From contig CAKKQO010000023.1 in NCBI GenBank assembly GCA_919902105.1, positions 2,128 to 66,127 of the forward strand: a DNA stretch of 64,000 nt, read 5' to 3'. A model generated the notes under the pieces. That model ran no database searches. It had not been told where the DNA came from and saw only the letters and a program-made list of their open reading frames with translations. This DNA comes from Omnitrophica bacterium GWA2_41_15. Lineage in GTDB: Bacteria > Omnitrophota > Gorgyraeia > Ghiorseimicrobiales > Ghiorseimicrobiaceae. The translations under genes and the position numbers were made by a program. Positions 11,729-20,934 of this stretch are shown in pieces. Position 1 is the stretch's first letter; each line of letters starts with the position of its first letter.

Positions 11729-11748
11729 CCTGCCTGCCAGCAGGCAGG
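11729..11748. repeat. CCTGCCTGCC..GGCAGGCAGG palindrome, copy 1
   Basis: CCTGCCTG-CCAG-CAGGCAGG, 11 nt after the ispG stop. Related copies at 20350-20369 and 43606-43626. Confidence 0.8.
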
Positions 11749-11760
11749 AAGCGAGAGTAT

Positions 11761-12999
11761 ATGTTCTGGTCAGAGAGTTTTATTTATACTTTAAAAGAAG
11801 CGCCTGAGGCGGCAGAAAGCGTAAGCCATAAGCTGATGTTAAGGGCCGGCCTTATCCGTATGCTCGTTGCCGGCGTTTATTCATATCTGCCCTTGGGCTT
11901 TAAGGTTTTAAAAAATATTGAGAATATAGTAAGGGAAGAGATGGATAAAACCGGCGCCTGCGAGATATTACTTGCGGCCTTACAGCCAGAGGAGTTATGG
12001 ATAAAGTCAGGCCGTGACGAACAGATGGGCGAGACGATGATCAGGTTTACCGACCGAAAAGGGCGAAAACTTTGTTTGGGGCCGACCCATGAGGAAGTAA
12101 TTACCGAATTAGTAAAAAACCAGGTGCGTTCTTATAGAGAGCTGCCGGTGATACTTTATCAAATCCAAACTAAATACCGCGATGAACTCAGGCCGCGTTT
12201 TGGCCTAATGCGTGCCTGTGAATTCATTATGAAGGACGCCTATAGTTTTGATATCGACGAAGCTAGCCTAGACAAAAATTATAAAAAGATGTTTATTGCC
12301 TACGAAAAAATATTTAAAAGATGCGGGCTTTCGTTTATCTCGACAAAGGCAGATTGCGGCGTTATGGGGGGAGACGAGTCTTGCGAATTTATGGTTGAGG
12401 CCTTAAGCGGCGAAGATAAAGTCATCTATTGCTCAGATTGTAACTTTGCGCAGGCAAGCACAGAAACAAAAAAATGCCCTAATTGTAAAAAGGACCTCAA
12501 AGGTATAACTGTAATTGAAATAGGCCATATCTTTAAACTTGGTACGAAATACAGTAAATCTTTAGAGGCAAATTTTACTGACGCAGATGGTACGATTAAA
12601 CCTATGATAATGGGTTGTTACGGAATAGGCGTAAGCCGCCTGATTGCCGCAATTATCGAGCAGAATTACGATAAAGATGGTATAATATGGCCAAGGGAGA
12701 TTAGCCCTTACGATGTGCTGATAATCCCATTAAATATGGCTCATCGCCAGACAAAAGAAGTATCAGGCGAGCTGTATAAAAATTTATCAGCGAAGTTTAA
12801 TGTCTTATTAGACGACCGTGACGAACGAGCCGGAATAAAATTTAAGGATGCAGATTTAATCGGCGTACCTTTAAAGGTAGTCATCGGGGAAAAGGGCTTA
12901 GAAAATGGAAAAATTGAAATTGTAAAACGCCGCGATAATAGTGTTTTACTTGTGGATGTGGATAAGGCGATGGCTGCAATCAAAGATATAATAAAATAA
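11761..12999 (+). CDS. proS: Prolyl-tRNA synthetase, bacterial-type but lacking the INS editing domain
   Basis: Class II motifs (RPRFGLMRACEFIMKDAYSF; GCYGIGVSRL), a GHIFKLGTKYS block and a C-terminal anticodon-binding domain. Only 412 aa. Confidence 0.9.
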   Translation: MFWSESFIYTLKEAPEAAESVSHKLMLRAGLIRMLVAGVYSYLPLGFKVLKNIENIVREEMDKTGACEILLAALQPEELWIKSGRDEQMGETMIRFTDRKGRKLCLGPTHEEVITELVKNQVRSYRELPVILYQIQTKYRDELRPRFGLMRACEFIMKDAYSFDIDEASLDKNYKKMFIAYEKIFKRCGLSFISTKADCGVMGGDESCEFMVEALSGEDKVIYCSDCNFAQASTETKKCPNCKKDLKGITVIEIGHIFKLGTKYSKSLEANFTDADGTIKPMIMGCYGIGVSRLIAAIIEQNYDKDGIIWPREISPYDVLIIPLNMAHRQTKEVSGELYKNLSAKFNVLLDDRDERAGIKFKDADLIGVPLKVVIGEKGLENGKIEIVKRRDNSVLLVDVDKAMAAIKDIIK

Positions 13000-13005
13000 T
13001 AAACT

Positions 13006-13467
13006 ATGTATTCAAGCGAAAACATCTCTGACTTAAAAGCGAGGGTGGAAGTCTTTATCAAAGACAGGGGCTTTGAATTGGTTGAGTTTAAGTTCTATCA
13101 GCGAGGCAGAGAAAGTTATTTAAATCTGTTTGTTGATACTCCGCAGGGAGGAATTACTTTAGCAGGATGTTCCGCTTTAAATAGAGAAATCAGAGATTTT
13201 TTGGATAAAAATGCATTGGTGCTTGAGCCTTATACGTTAGAAGTTTCTTCCCCTGGCTTAGATCGTAGTTTAGCTTCGCAAAAAGATTTTTTGCGCGCCT
13301 TAAACCGTAAGATAAAAATCTTTCTAAAAGAACCGGTAAATGGCAGGCTTGAATTTGCGGGGAAGCTTCTTGAGGCCAGCGCAGATAAGATAAATTTAGA
13401 ATTAGATAATAGTTTAATTGCCGCCATATCGTTAAATAACATCGCTAAAGCAAAGAATATACTATAG
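13006..13467 (+). CDS. rimP: Ribosome maturation factor RimP
   Basis: LEVSSPGLDRSL motif, about 150 aa, immediately upstream of nusA-infB. Confidence 0.85.
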   Translation: MYSSENISDLKARVEVFIKDRGFELVEFKFYQRGRESYLNLFVDTPQGGITLAGCSALNREIRDFLDKNALVLEPYTLEVSSPGLDRSLASQKDFLRALNRKIKIFLKEPVNGRLEFAGKLLEASADKINLELDNSLIAAISLNNIAKAKNIL

Positions 13468-13476
13468 CTTAAATGA

Positions 13477-13537
13477 ACCCCGCCTTATAAGATACCGTAA
13501 AATTTTCTATCAATAATTTTACGGTATTCGGCGGGGT
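13477..13537. repeat. 61-nt compound hairpin between rimP and nusA
   Basis: Outer stem ACCCCGCC/GGCGGGGT. Inner perfect 13-bp stem ATACCGTAAAATT (13492-13504) / AATTTTACGGTAT (13515-13527). Confidence 0.8.
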
Positions 13538-13602
13538 CAATTCGCGCAAATAATTTACCTCAGTTTCACTTCTGTAAATTATGCGCTCATTGAGGGGGAA
13601 TA

Positions 13603-14796
13603 ATGAACCAAGAAATATTAGCAGTTTTGGAGCATATAGAACGCGAAAGAGGGATTAAGAAAGACATTTTAATCTCTGCAGTTGAGCTGGCACTTGTGTC
13701 TGCGGCAAAGAAAGTAATTGATGTCGGGCCGGAGCAAGAAGTAAAGGTGCAGCTAGATAAGACTAACGGCCAAATAAGGGTTTTTGTTGATAATAAGGAA
13801 GTAAATCCTCCGGAATTCGGCCGCATTGCTGCCCAGACTGCCAAACAGATTATTATTCAAAAAATACGCGAGGCAGAAAAGGAAGTGATATTTACTGATT
13901 TTCAGGGTAAAGTAGGAGAGATTGTCAGCGGTTCAGTATATCGCTTTGAGAAGAAAAATATCATAGTGGATCTTTTAGGTAAGGCGGAAGGTTTTTTACC
14001 TTATAGCGAGCAATGCCCGGTGGAGAATTTTAAACAGGGCGACCGTATTAAGGCCTTTTGTTTAGACGTAAAAAAAGAGCCTAGAGGCCCGCAGATTATT
14101 CTTTCACGTGCGCATCCGAATATGGTAAGGAAACTTTTTGAAATAGAAATTCCTGAAATATATGAAGGAATTGTCGAGATAAAGTCTATTGCGCGAGAAC
14201 CGGGTGAGCGTACTAAAATTGCCGTCTGGTCAAAGGACGAAAGGGTAGATTGCGTCGGCGCCTGCGTAGGAATGCGCGGGGCGCGGGTGAAAAATATCGT
14301 CGGTGAACTGCATAATGAAAAAATAGATATTGTTCGCTACAGCGATGAGCCGCGGGATTATATCTCTGGAGCCTTAAGCCCAGCTAAAATTTCCGAGATG
14401 AAGATAGATAAAGTAAATAAGGCTGCCGAGATAATCGTGGATGATGACCAATTATCTTTAGCCATTGGAAAACGCGGGCAAAACGTGCGTTTAGCATCGC
14501 GGCTTACCGGATATACTATCAATATACGCACTAAAACGATGCTTAAAGAGGCGGCTGCGGCTGGCGAAGCCAAGCAAGCGCAAGAAGAAGAAGGGAAAGA
14601 GGAAGTTAAGGCTGGCCTATCGGATCTTTCTGGTGTAGGTGCCAAGACCGCAGAAAATTTAAAAGATGCGGGTTTTAAGGATATTGGAGCAATTGCTCGC
14701 GCTTCTTTGGAAGATTTAGTGAAGGTAAAAGGTATAGGAGCCAAGACTGCCGCAAAACTTATTAAACAGGCAAAGAAAATTACTGGAGAAAAATAA
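13603..14796 (+). CDS. nusA: Transcription termination/antitermination factor NusA
   Basis: N-terminal domain, S1 domain, two KH domains (LAIGKRGQNVRLAS) and a C-terminal HhH-like region. Confidence 0.95.
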   Translation: MNQEILAVLEHIERERGIKKDILISAVELALVSAAKKVIDVGPEQEVKVQLDKTNGQIRVFVDNKEVNPPEFGRIAAQTAKQIIIQKIREAEKEVIFTDFQGKVGEIVSGSVYRFEKKNIIVDLLGKAEGFLPYSEQCPVENFKQGDRIKAFCLDVKKEPRGPQIILSRAHPNMVRKLFEIEIPEIYEGIVEIKSIAREPGERTKIAVWSKDERVDCVGACVGMRGARVKNIVGELHNEKIDIVRYSDEPRDYISGALSPAKISEMKIDKVNKAAEIIVDDDQLSLAIGKRGQNVRLASRLTGYTINIRTKTMLKEAAAAGEAKQAQEEEGKEEVKAGLSDLSGVGAKTAENLKDAGFKDIGAIARASLEDLVKVKGIGAKTAAKLIKQAKKITGEK

Positions 14797-14797
14797 T

Positions 14798-16984
14798 ATG
14801 CCTAAAAGCAGGTTAGCAACTAAGCCGCCGGCAGAGAAAAAGAAGATAGTCGCTGTCAAGAAAGATAAGGCTGTTGTTTCCAAAGCCCCAAAAAAAATAA
14901 AAAAGGCAGAGGCGGCAAAAACTAAACCCGCTGTTATTAAGGTTAAAAAGCTAAAAGTTATTAAGACAAAAAAAGAAAAGGCTTTATTAAAACTAGCTCC
15001 TGAAACAGTAAAGGGGTCTATATCTACTGTTTTACGGCGGGAAGTTCCTTTTGTTCTGCCTAAGCCGCAGTTTAAGCCTCAAGAAAAGATAGTCCCCCCC
15101 AAAGGCGAGGTTAAAAAGCACGAGCCAAAAATTAGAGAAGTCTCTCTTAAGCCAGCAGCGCATATTGAGAAGGCCAAAGAGGTAAAAACAGAACTGCCAA
15201 TTGTAGCCAAAAAGCCGCAGGCGGAATTAAGAGAATTAGAAGTAATTTTTCCCATAACGGTAAAGGATTTAAGCATAAAGTTAAACCAGAAGCCTTCGGA
15301 GATTATAAAAACTCTGATGAATAGCGGTGTATTAGTAAATATTAATCAGTCCTTAGATGAGCAATTGGCAAATAAGGTGGCCGAGAAATTCGCAATTTTG
15401 CTTAAAAAAGCCTTATCTGCGGAAGAATTAGTAATAAAGGCGCACGAAGAGAAAAAAGATGCGAGCCTGCTTTTCCCCCGCGCCCCCATAGTTACCTTTA
15501 TGGGCCATGTTGATCATGGCAAAACTTCTCTCTTGGATGCCATAAGAAAAACTAAAGTTGCCGAAAAAGAGCACGGCGGCATAACACAGCATATCGGAGC
15601 CTACGAAGTAACTTTGCCTAAAGGCAACATTACCTTTTTAGATACGCCTGGCCATGAGGCCTTTACTGCCATGCGCGCAAGAGGCGCAAATATCACCGAT
15701 ATAGTAGTTTTAGTAGTCGCCGCAGATGATGGCATTATGCCTCAGACAAAAGAAGCTATTGACCATGCCAGAGCCGCAGGCGTCCCCATAGTTGTAGCGA
15801 TGAATAAAATTGATAAACCGCAGGCAGACATAGATAAGGTTAAACGGCAGCTTTCAGAATTAGATTTAACTCCTGAAGACTGGGGCGGGAAAACTATTAG
15901 CGTCGGCGTTTCTGCTAAAACCGGCCAAGGAATTGATGGGCTACTAGAAATGATTTTGCTTGAGGCAGAAATGTTGGAATTAAAGGCGGAATTTAAACGG
16001 CCGGCCTCGGGTGTGGTTATTGATGCAAGGCGCAGCCCGGGTAGAGGTTCGGTTGCCGCTGTTTTAGTGCAAAATGGCACGCTTAATCTTTCCGATGTAA
16101 TTATCTGCGGGCCATTCTACGGCAAAATAAAAGCAATGTATGATGATTTAGGCAGGCGCCTAGAACAAGCTCTGCCTTCTAAGCCGGTTGAGATAGCCGG
16201 GTTATCAGGCGTTCCGGTGGCAGGAGAGCGTTTTTACGTAGTGGCCGATGAAAAACAGGCAAGAGATATAGCCGGGCAAAGAGAGGCAGAAGTGCGCCTA
16301 AATAAAATACAGCCAAAAATAAAAAGGATTAACTTAGAGGATATCTCTGCTCAGATTAAAGAAGGAAAAATTAAAGAATTAAATATTATTTTAAAGGCAG
16401 ATGTGCAAGGAAGCTTAGGCGCTTTAGAAGATTCCTTGGCTAGCCTTTCCACACAGGAAGTGCAAATTAAATTTATCCATACCGGCATAGGCAATGTTAA
16501 TGTCTCCGACGTAGTCTTAGCCTCTGCCAGCGGCGCCGTCATTATTGGTTTTCATGTCGATGCGGATGAGGCGGCGAGAGATTTAGCGCGTCAAGAGGAA
16601 ATAGACGTGAGAACTTATACCGTTATCTATGAAGCCATAAATGAGGTAAGGACTGCGCTCGAAGGCCTGCTTGAGCCGAAACTGAAAAAAATCTTCTTGG
16701 GTAATTTAGACGTACGCCAGGTATTTAATCTCACTAAGTATGGCCTTATTGCCGGCTGTTACGTGCAAAAAGGTAAAATTATGCGTTCTTCAACTGTGAG
16801 TATAGTGAGAAACGGCGAAGCAATATTTGAAGGCAAGCTCGCATCGCTCAAGCGTTTTAAAGATGATGTGCGCGAAGTTGAAGCAGGATTAGAATGCGGC
16901 GTGGCAGTTGCTGGATTTAGCGATTATCAGGTAGGCGATATCATCGAAGTCTACGAAATAGAAAAGATTGCGAGGAAGCTCTAA
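14798..16984 (+). CDS. infB: Translation initiation factor IF-2
   Basis: K-rich N-terminus. GTPase core [29 protein letters not shown]. Confidence 0.95.
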   Translation: MPKSRLATKPPAEKKKIVAVKKDKAVVSKAPKKIKKAEAAKTKPAVIKVKKLKVIKTKKEKALLKLAPETVKGSISTVLRREVPFVLPKPQFKPQEKIVPPKGEVKKHEPKIREVSLKPAAHIEKAKEVKTELPIVAKKPQAELRELEVIFPITVKDLSIKLNQKPSEIIKTLMNSGVLVNINQSLDEQLANKVAEKFAILLKKALSAEELVIKAHEEKKDASLLFPRAPIVTFMGHVDHGKTSLLDAIRKTKVAEKEHGGITQHIGAYEVTLPKGNITFLDTPGHEAFTAMRARGANITDIVVLVVAADDGIMPQTKEAIDHARAAGVPIVVAMNKIDKPQADIDKVKRQLSELDLTPEDWGGKTISVGVSAKTGQGIDGLLEMILLEAEMLELKAEFKRPASGVVIDARRSPGRGSVAAVLVQNGTLNLSDVIICGPFYGKIKAMYDDLGRRLEQALPSKPVEIAGLSGVPVAGERFYVVADEKQARDIAGQREAEVRLNKIQPKIKRINLEDISAQIKEGKIKELNIILKADVQGSLGALEDSLASLSTQEVQIKFIHTGIGNVNVSDVVLASASGAVIIGFHVDADEAARDLARQEEIDVRTYTVIYEAINEVRTALEGLLEPKLKKIFLGNLDVRQVFNLTKYGLIAGCYVQKGKIMRSSTVSIVRNGEAIFEGKLASLKRFKDDVREVEAGLECGVAVAGFSDYQVGDIIEVYEIEKIARKL

Positions 16985-16989
16985 AGTCA

Positions 16990-17976
16990 ATGAATAAAAA
17001 GCGCGTTTTAAGCGGAATGCGGCCGACAGGAAAATTACACTTAGGCCATTTAGTCGGCGCATTAAGCAACTGGGTTAAGCTCCAAGAGGACTATGAATGT
17101 TTTTTTATGTCAGCCGACTGGCATGCTTTAATGAGCGAGTATGCCAAGCCCTCCGTCATCAAAGAAAGTATCCTTGATAATGTCATTGATTGGATTTCCT
17201 GCGGCATCTTACCCGATAAGAGTACTATATTTATCCAATCAGAGGTAAAAGAGCACCTGGACTTATTTATCATCCTCTCCTGTTTGGCCCCTTTAGGCTG
17301 GCTTGAGCGCTGCCCTACCTATAAAGAACAGCTTAAAGAATTAGAAGAGAAAAACCTTACCACCTACGGTTTCTTGGGTTATCCGGTTTTACAGGCGGCA
17401 GATATTTTAATCTATAAAGGCGAATTTGTGCCGGTAGGGGAAGACCAGCTTCCGCACTTAGAATTAACCCGGGAAATTTCTCGGCGTTTTAACAGTCTTT
17501 ATAAAAAAGAAGTTTTAGTTGATCCGCATCCCATCTTGACAAAATTCCCGCGCCTTTTGGGTTTAGACGGCAGGAAAATGAGTAAAAGTTACGGTAATTG
17601 TATTTATTTATCAGATGTACCTGCGGCAGTAGAGAAAAAAGTAATGTCGATGATTACCGATCCTAAGCGCATAAAATTATCCGATCCGGGGCATCCTGAA
17701 ATCTGCAATGTGCATAACTATTATGCGGTATTTAAACCGGAACTAAAGCCTGACGTAGATAAACAATGCCGCGCGGCAGAGATAGGATGCACCGAATGTA
17801 AAAAGAGGCTTGCTTCGATTTTAATCGAAGCGCTTTCCCCTATCCAATCGATGAGAAAAAAATTATTATCTGACAAAAAGCAAATTTTAGATATAATAGA
17901 TAAAGGAAAAGATAAGGCTCGCCTTGTTACACAAAAGACGCTAAAGGAAGTAAAAGAGGCAATGGGATTGGAGTGA
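16990..17976 (+). CDS. trpS: Tryptophanyl-tRNA synthetase
   Basis: Class I HIGH-like (GKLHLGH) and KMSKS motifs; 328 aa. Confidence 0.95.
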   Translation: MNKKRVLSGMRPTGKLHLGHLVGALSNWVKLQEDYECFFMSADWHALMSEYAKPSVIKESILDNVIDWISCGILPDKSTIFIQSEVKEHLDLFIILSCLAPLGWLERCPTYKEQLKELEEKNLTTYGFLGYPVLQAADILIYKGEFVPVGEDQLPHLELTREISRRFNSLYKKEVLVDPHPILTKFPRLLGLDGRKMSKSYGNCIYLSDVPAAVEKKVMSMITDPKRIKLSDPGHPEICNVHNYYAVFKPELKPDVDKQCRAAEIGCTECKKRLASILIEALSPIQSMRKKLLSDKKQILDIIDKGKDKARLVTQKTLKEVKEAMGLE

Positions 17977-17985
17977 TGGCGACGA

Positions 17986-18720
17986 ATGAGCTATAAAATA
18001 AAACTGCAGGTCTTTGAAGGGCCTTTAGACTTATTGCTTTATTTAATAAAGAAAGACCAGCTGAATATCTACGATATCCCTATGGTTGAGGTCACCGATC
18101 AATATATGCGATATCTGGAATTAATGGAACTTTTAGACTTAGATATCGCCGGTGAATTTTTGGTTATCGCGGCAACCCTGCTGCATATCAAATCCAAAAT
18201 GTTGCTTCCGCCGGATCCCAATGAACAACTTGAAGAAGAAGAAGAGGACCCGAGGCTTGATTTAGTGGAAAAACTCCTAGAATATAAACGCTTTAAAGAG
18301 GCGGCCGAACATCTTAGGGGACGCGAGAAAATGCGCCAAGATGTCTTTACCCGCAGGACAAATGAACAAGAAGAAAGAGGTGAGGTATATTTTGAAGCGA
18401 GCCTATTTGAGTTAATCTCTGCTTTTTCAAAGGCGCTAAAAGATATCCCCAAAGATATATTTTATGAGGTTATTAAAGACGAATTTACCGTCGAAGAAAA
18501 GATTCATCAGGTTTTGCATCTTTTATTTGAGCAGCCGATGGTGAAACTCTCCGACCTATTCAATCAAGCCAAAAGTAAATTAGAAATCGTGGCGACATTC
18601 TTGGCGATCTTAGAATTAATTAAGATTAAAGAAATCAGAATAGTGCAGACTCAAATTTTCGGTGAAATCCAGATTATCCGTAACGAAGAAAATATCGTCC
18701 CTATCCCGGTACAAAGATAG
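17986..18720 (+). CDS. scpA: Segregation and condensation protein A (kleisin)
   Basis: N-terminal FEGPLDLLLYLIKK..L.IYDIP signature; about 245 aa. Confidence 0.85.
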   Translation: MSYKIKLQVFEGPLDLLLYLIKKDQLNIYDIPMVEVTDQYMRYLELMELLDLDIAGEFLVIAATLLHIKSKMLLPPDPNEQLEEEEEDPRLDLVEKLLEYKRFKEAAEHLRGREKMRQDVFTRRTNEQEERGEVYFEASLFELISAFSKALKDIPKDIFYEVIKDEFTVEEKIHQVLHLLFEQPMVKLSDLFNQAKSKLEIVATFLAILELIKIKEIRIVQTQIFGEIQIIRNEENIVPIPVQR

Positions 18721-18749
18721 TTAATCCCTCGATCTTTAAGTAGTTCAAT

Positions 18750-19817
18750 ATGCCAACAGGAAGAAAAAAAATACTCACAGATACTTCAGAAGTTAGCGCA
18801 CTCCCCTCAGATTTACTTTTAAAACAAGAGACCGATGAGGATATTGTTTTAAATCTTTCGCTTCGGCCTGCCAAATTATCTGAATTTGTCGGTCAGACCG
18901 GTACTGTAGAGAACTTAAAAATTGCAATTTGCGCCGCCAAAGAGCGCAAAGAGCCGCTGGAACATGTGTTTTTATCCGGGCCTCCGGGCTTGGGCAAAAC
19001 CGCGCTTTCCTATATTATCGCCCATGAGATGGGCACAAAGATTACCGCAACAAGCGGCCCTGCCATTGAGCGGGCAGGCGATTTAATCGGCATACTTACT
19101 AATTTAGAAAAAGGCGATATCCTTTTTATTGACGAGATTCACCGGATGTCTAAGGTAGCGGAGGAGTTTTTATATCCGGCAATGGAAAATTCGCAGATTG
19201 ATTTTATCGTAGATAAAGGCCCATATGCCCGCACCATAAAATTTAACTTAAAAAGGTTTACTCTTATTGGCGCTACCACCAGAAGCGGGCTTTTAAGTTC
19301 GGCGCTGCGTTCGCGTTTTGGCATATTTTACCATTTTGATTTTTATCCCCCTGAAGATTTAGCAAAAATTATCAAGCGCTCGGCGAAGCTTTTAGGCATA
19401 GATGTTAACGATGATGCCGCTTTAGAAATAGCACGGCGTTCGCGCGGCACCCCGCGTGTGGCTAACCGCCTGCTTCGGCGCGTGCGCGATTATGCGCAGG
19501 TAAAATCTAAAAGCAGCCTGATTACCCAGAAAATCGCCGATGAGTCGCTTTCCTGTTTAAGGATAGATAAAAACGGGCTTGATGAATGCGACCGCAAGGT
19601 CCTGCGCACGGTTATTGATGTTTATAGCGGCGGCCCCGTGGGTGTTGAGTCGCTTGCGGCAACACTTAACGAAGAGCAGGATACACTTATCGATACCGTA
19701 GAGCCGTATCTCTTAAAAGCCGGATACTTAAAGCGCACCTCGCGCGGACGCCTCGTTACAAAATTAGCCTACGAGCACCTCGGTGCCAAATACGATAAAC
19801 AGGAAGAGTTGTTCTAA
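18750..19817 (+). CDS. ruvB: Holliday junction branch-migration helicase RuvB
   Basis: LRP..L.EFVGQ, Walker [14 protein letters not shown], sensor [15 protein letters not shown]. Confidence 0.95.
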   Translation: MPTGRKKILTDTSEVSALPSDLLLKQETDEDIVLNLSLRPAKLSEFVGQTGTVENLKIAICAAKERKEPLEHVFLSGPPGLGKTALSYIIAHEMGTKITATSGPAIERAGDLIGILTNLEKGDILFIDEIHRMSKVAEEFLYPAMENSQIDFIVDKGPYARTIKFNLKRFTLIGATTRSGLLSSALRSRFGIFYHFDFYPPEDLAKIIKRSAKLLGIDVNDDAALEIARRSRGTPRVANRLLRRVRDYAQVKSKSSLITQKIADESLSCLRIDKNGLDECDRKVLRTVIDVYSGGPVGVESLAATLNEEQDTLIDTVEPYLLKAGYLKRTSRGRLVTKLAYEHLGAKYDKQEELF

Positions 19818-19992
19818 TTTTTTAACGGGTCCTGTCAAGGTTGTGCTTTCGCAAAAACGCTCGGTTTTCTCCAGCGAAGAAAACCTTCGCTCGGCAGTCG
19901 GCGTGCGCTCTGCCGATTTTCATCGGCAGCCATGTCCGCTTTGCGCCTCCTACGTTTTGCTTAAAGCACAAACCTTGCCACCCGCTAAAAAA
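19818..19992. repeat. About 175 nt whole-length imperfect hairpin element (element D)
   Basis: Begins on the base after the ruvB stop. Arms TTTTTTAACGGGT..CAAGGTTGTGCTTT..AAAACG and CGTTTTGC..AAAGCACAAACCTTG..ACCCGCTAAAAAA. Internal hairpins GGTTTTC..GAAAACC and CTGCCGAT-TTTC-ATCGGCAG. Confidence 0.8.
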
Positions 19993-20005
19993 TTGTTAAT
20001 GTATT

Positions 20006-20044
20006 TTGCTAAATCGTCAATTCGCTCAACCGACACAACAATAT
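20006..20044 (+). repeat. Solo 3'-arm-like fragment of the about 208 nt element family
   Basis: TTGCTAAATCGTCAATTCGCTCAACCGACACAACAATAT resembles the 3' arms TTGCTAAAATTGCAATGCGTTCAAGCGACACAATATAT (copy A) and GGCTAAAATTGCAATTCGCTCAAATGACACAGC (copy B). Confidence 0.6.
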
Positions 20045-20201
20045 CCTCTTAGAATATATTTAGCAGAGAAAAAGCGAACTCCGTTTATTAATTGTTACAT
20101 ATAAATATATTAAGGGGGGCGAGATGGAACGAAGGGAAGAGGGACACTCCTTGTAACATATTGTAAATTATAAGGTTACCATTATATTTATAGGTTTATA
20201 A

Positions 20202-20243
20202 AATTACCAGTTACGAGTTACGAATTACTGATTACAATTATGA
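20202..20243. repeat. Degenerate heptamer tandem repeat, 6 units
   Basis: AATTACC AGTTACG AGTTACG AATTACT GATTACA ATTATGA. Confidence 0.75.
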
Positions 20244-20272
20244 AACTACTTCTCTATACCTGTTGCGCGCGG
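20240..20272 (+). pseudogene. Orphan duplicate of the first 11 codons of queH
   Basis: ATGAAACTACTTCTCTATACCTGTTGCGCGCGG versus the queH start ATGAAACTCCTTCTCCATACCTGCTGTGCGCCG: 28 of 33 nt identical (MKLLLYTCCAR versus MKLLLHTCCAP). Located 152 nt upstream and in a different frame. Confidence 0.7.
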
Positions 20273-20349
20273 ATAAATTGCTTAACAAGGCAAATTTATT
20301 CGGATAAAATGCCTTTACCGGAAAACAAGGGGTTAAGTTTTGATTTTTG

Positions 20350-20369
20350 CCTGCCTGCCGGCAGGCAGG
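20350..20369. repeat. CCTGCCTGCC|GGCAGGCAGG perfect 20-nt palindrome, copy 2
   Basis: Read directly from the sequence. Lies 22 nt upstream of the queH ATG. Confidence 0.85.
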
Positions 20370-20391
20370 AATTTTACAATATCGTATAGCC

Positions 20392-20934
20392 ATGAAACTC
20401 CTTCTCCATACCTGCTGTGCGCCGTGCTTGATTTATCCCTTAGAAGAGCTTAAGAAAAAGCGCTTTAAGGTTACAGGGTTATTCTATAATCCCAATATCA
20501 GCCCGCTGTATGAATATGATATACGGCTTAATGCCGTGAAGGATTATTCAAAAGATATTAAGTTTGATTTAATTGTTCATAAAAACGACTGCAACAATTA
20601 TTTAAATTTAGTGGCGGCTGATGAGGAAAAACCTGAACGTTGTAAAATCTGCTGGCAGATGCGGCTTCGCGAAACAGCCCAGTTTGCCAAGGATAATAAT
20701 TTTGACGGTTTCTCAACTACGCTTTTAGTCAGCCCTTATCAGGATCAGGATTTGCTTAAAGTTGTAGGCGAAGAAACGGCCCGCGATATAGATATTGAAT
20801 TTTATTTTGAAGATTTCCGCCCGGGATTTAGGTATGCGCAAGAGCTCGCCAAAAAACAAAACCTCTACCGGCAGAAATACTGCGGATGTAAGTATTCGGA
20901 GTTAGAAAGATGCAAGAAATCGGTAAAACCTTAA
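20392..20934 (+). CDS. queH: Epoxyqueuosine reductase QueH (DUF208)
   Basis: N-terminal LLLHTCCAPC plus C-terminal CxxC/CGC Cys motifs typical of DUF208. Start set at ATG 20392; the upstream extension from 20347 is encoded by the palindrome. Confidence 0.85.
   Translation: MKLLLHTCCAPCLIYPLEELKKKRFKVTGLFYNPNISPLYEYDIRLNAVKDYSKDIKFDLIVHKNDCNNYLNLVAADEEKPERCKICWQMRLRETAQFAKDNNFDGFSTTLLVSPYQDQDLLKVVGEETARDIDIEFYFEDFRPGFRYAQELAKKQNLYRQKYCGCKYSELERCKKSVKP

Noticed and set aside
14798-15300. A lysine-rich low-complexity region at the start of infB
   Set aside because: This is the normal variable, basic N-terminal region of bacterial IF-2, not a repeat element.
16985-16989. A T-box leader for trpS, or attenuator leaders for the trp genes
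   Set aside because: Only 5 nt separate infB and trpS. The space upstream of trpD is fully accounted for by repeat copy C, and no specifier/T-box sequence was seen.
19783-20052. An 89-aa ORF after ruvB
   Set aside because: It runs through hairpin element D and the solo arm. It has no RBS or coding signature.
20202-20243. Whether the short tandem and hairpin repeats could be a CRISPR array
   Set aside because: The units are 7-15 nt, contiguous or irregularly spaced. There is no repeat-spacer periodicity of about 30+30 nt and there are no cas genes.
20347-20391. An upstream extension of queH (MPACRQAGILQYRIA)
   Set aside because: It is encoded by the CCTGCCTGCCGGCAGGCAGG palindrome. The DUF208 homology starts at MKLLLHTCCAPC (ATG 20392).
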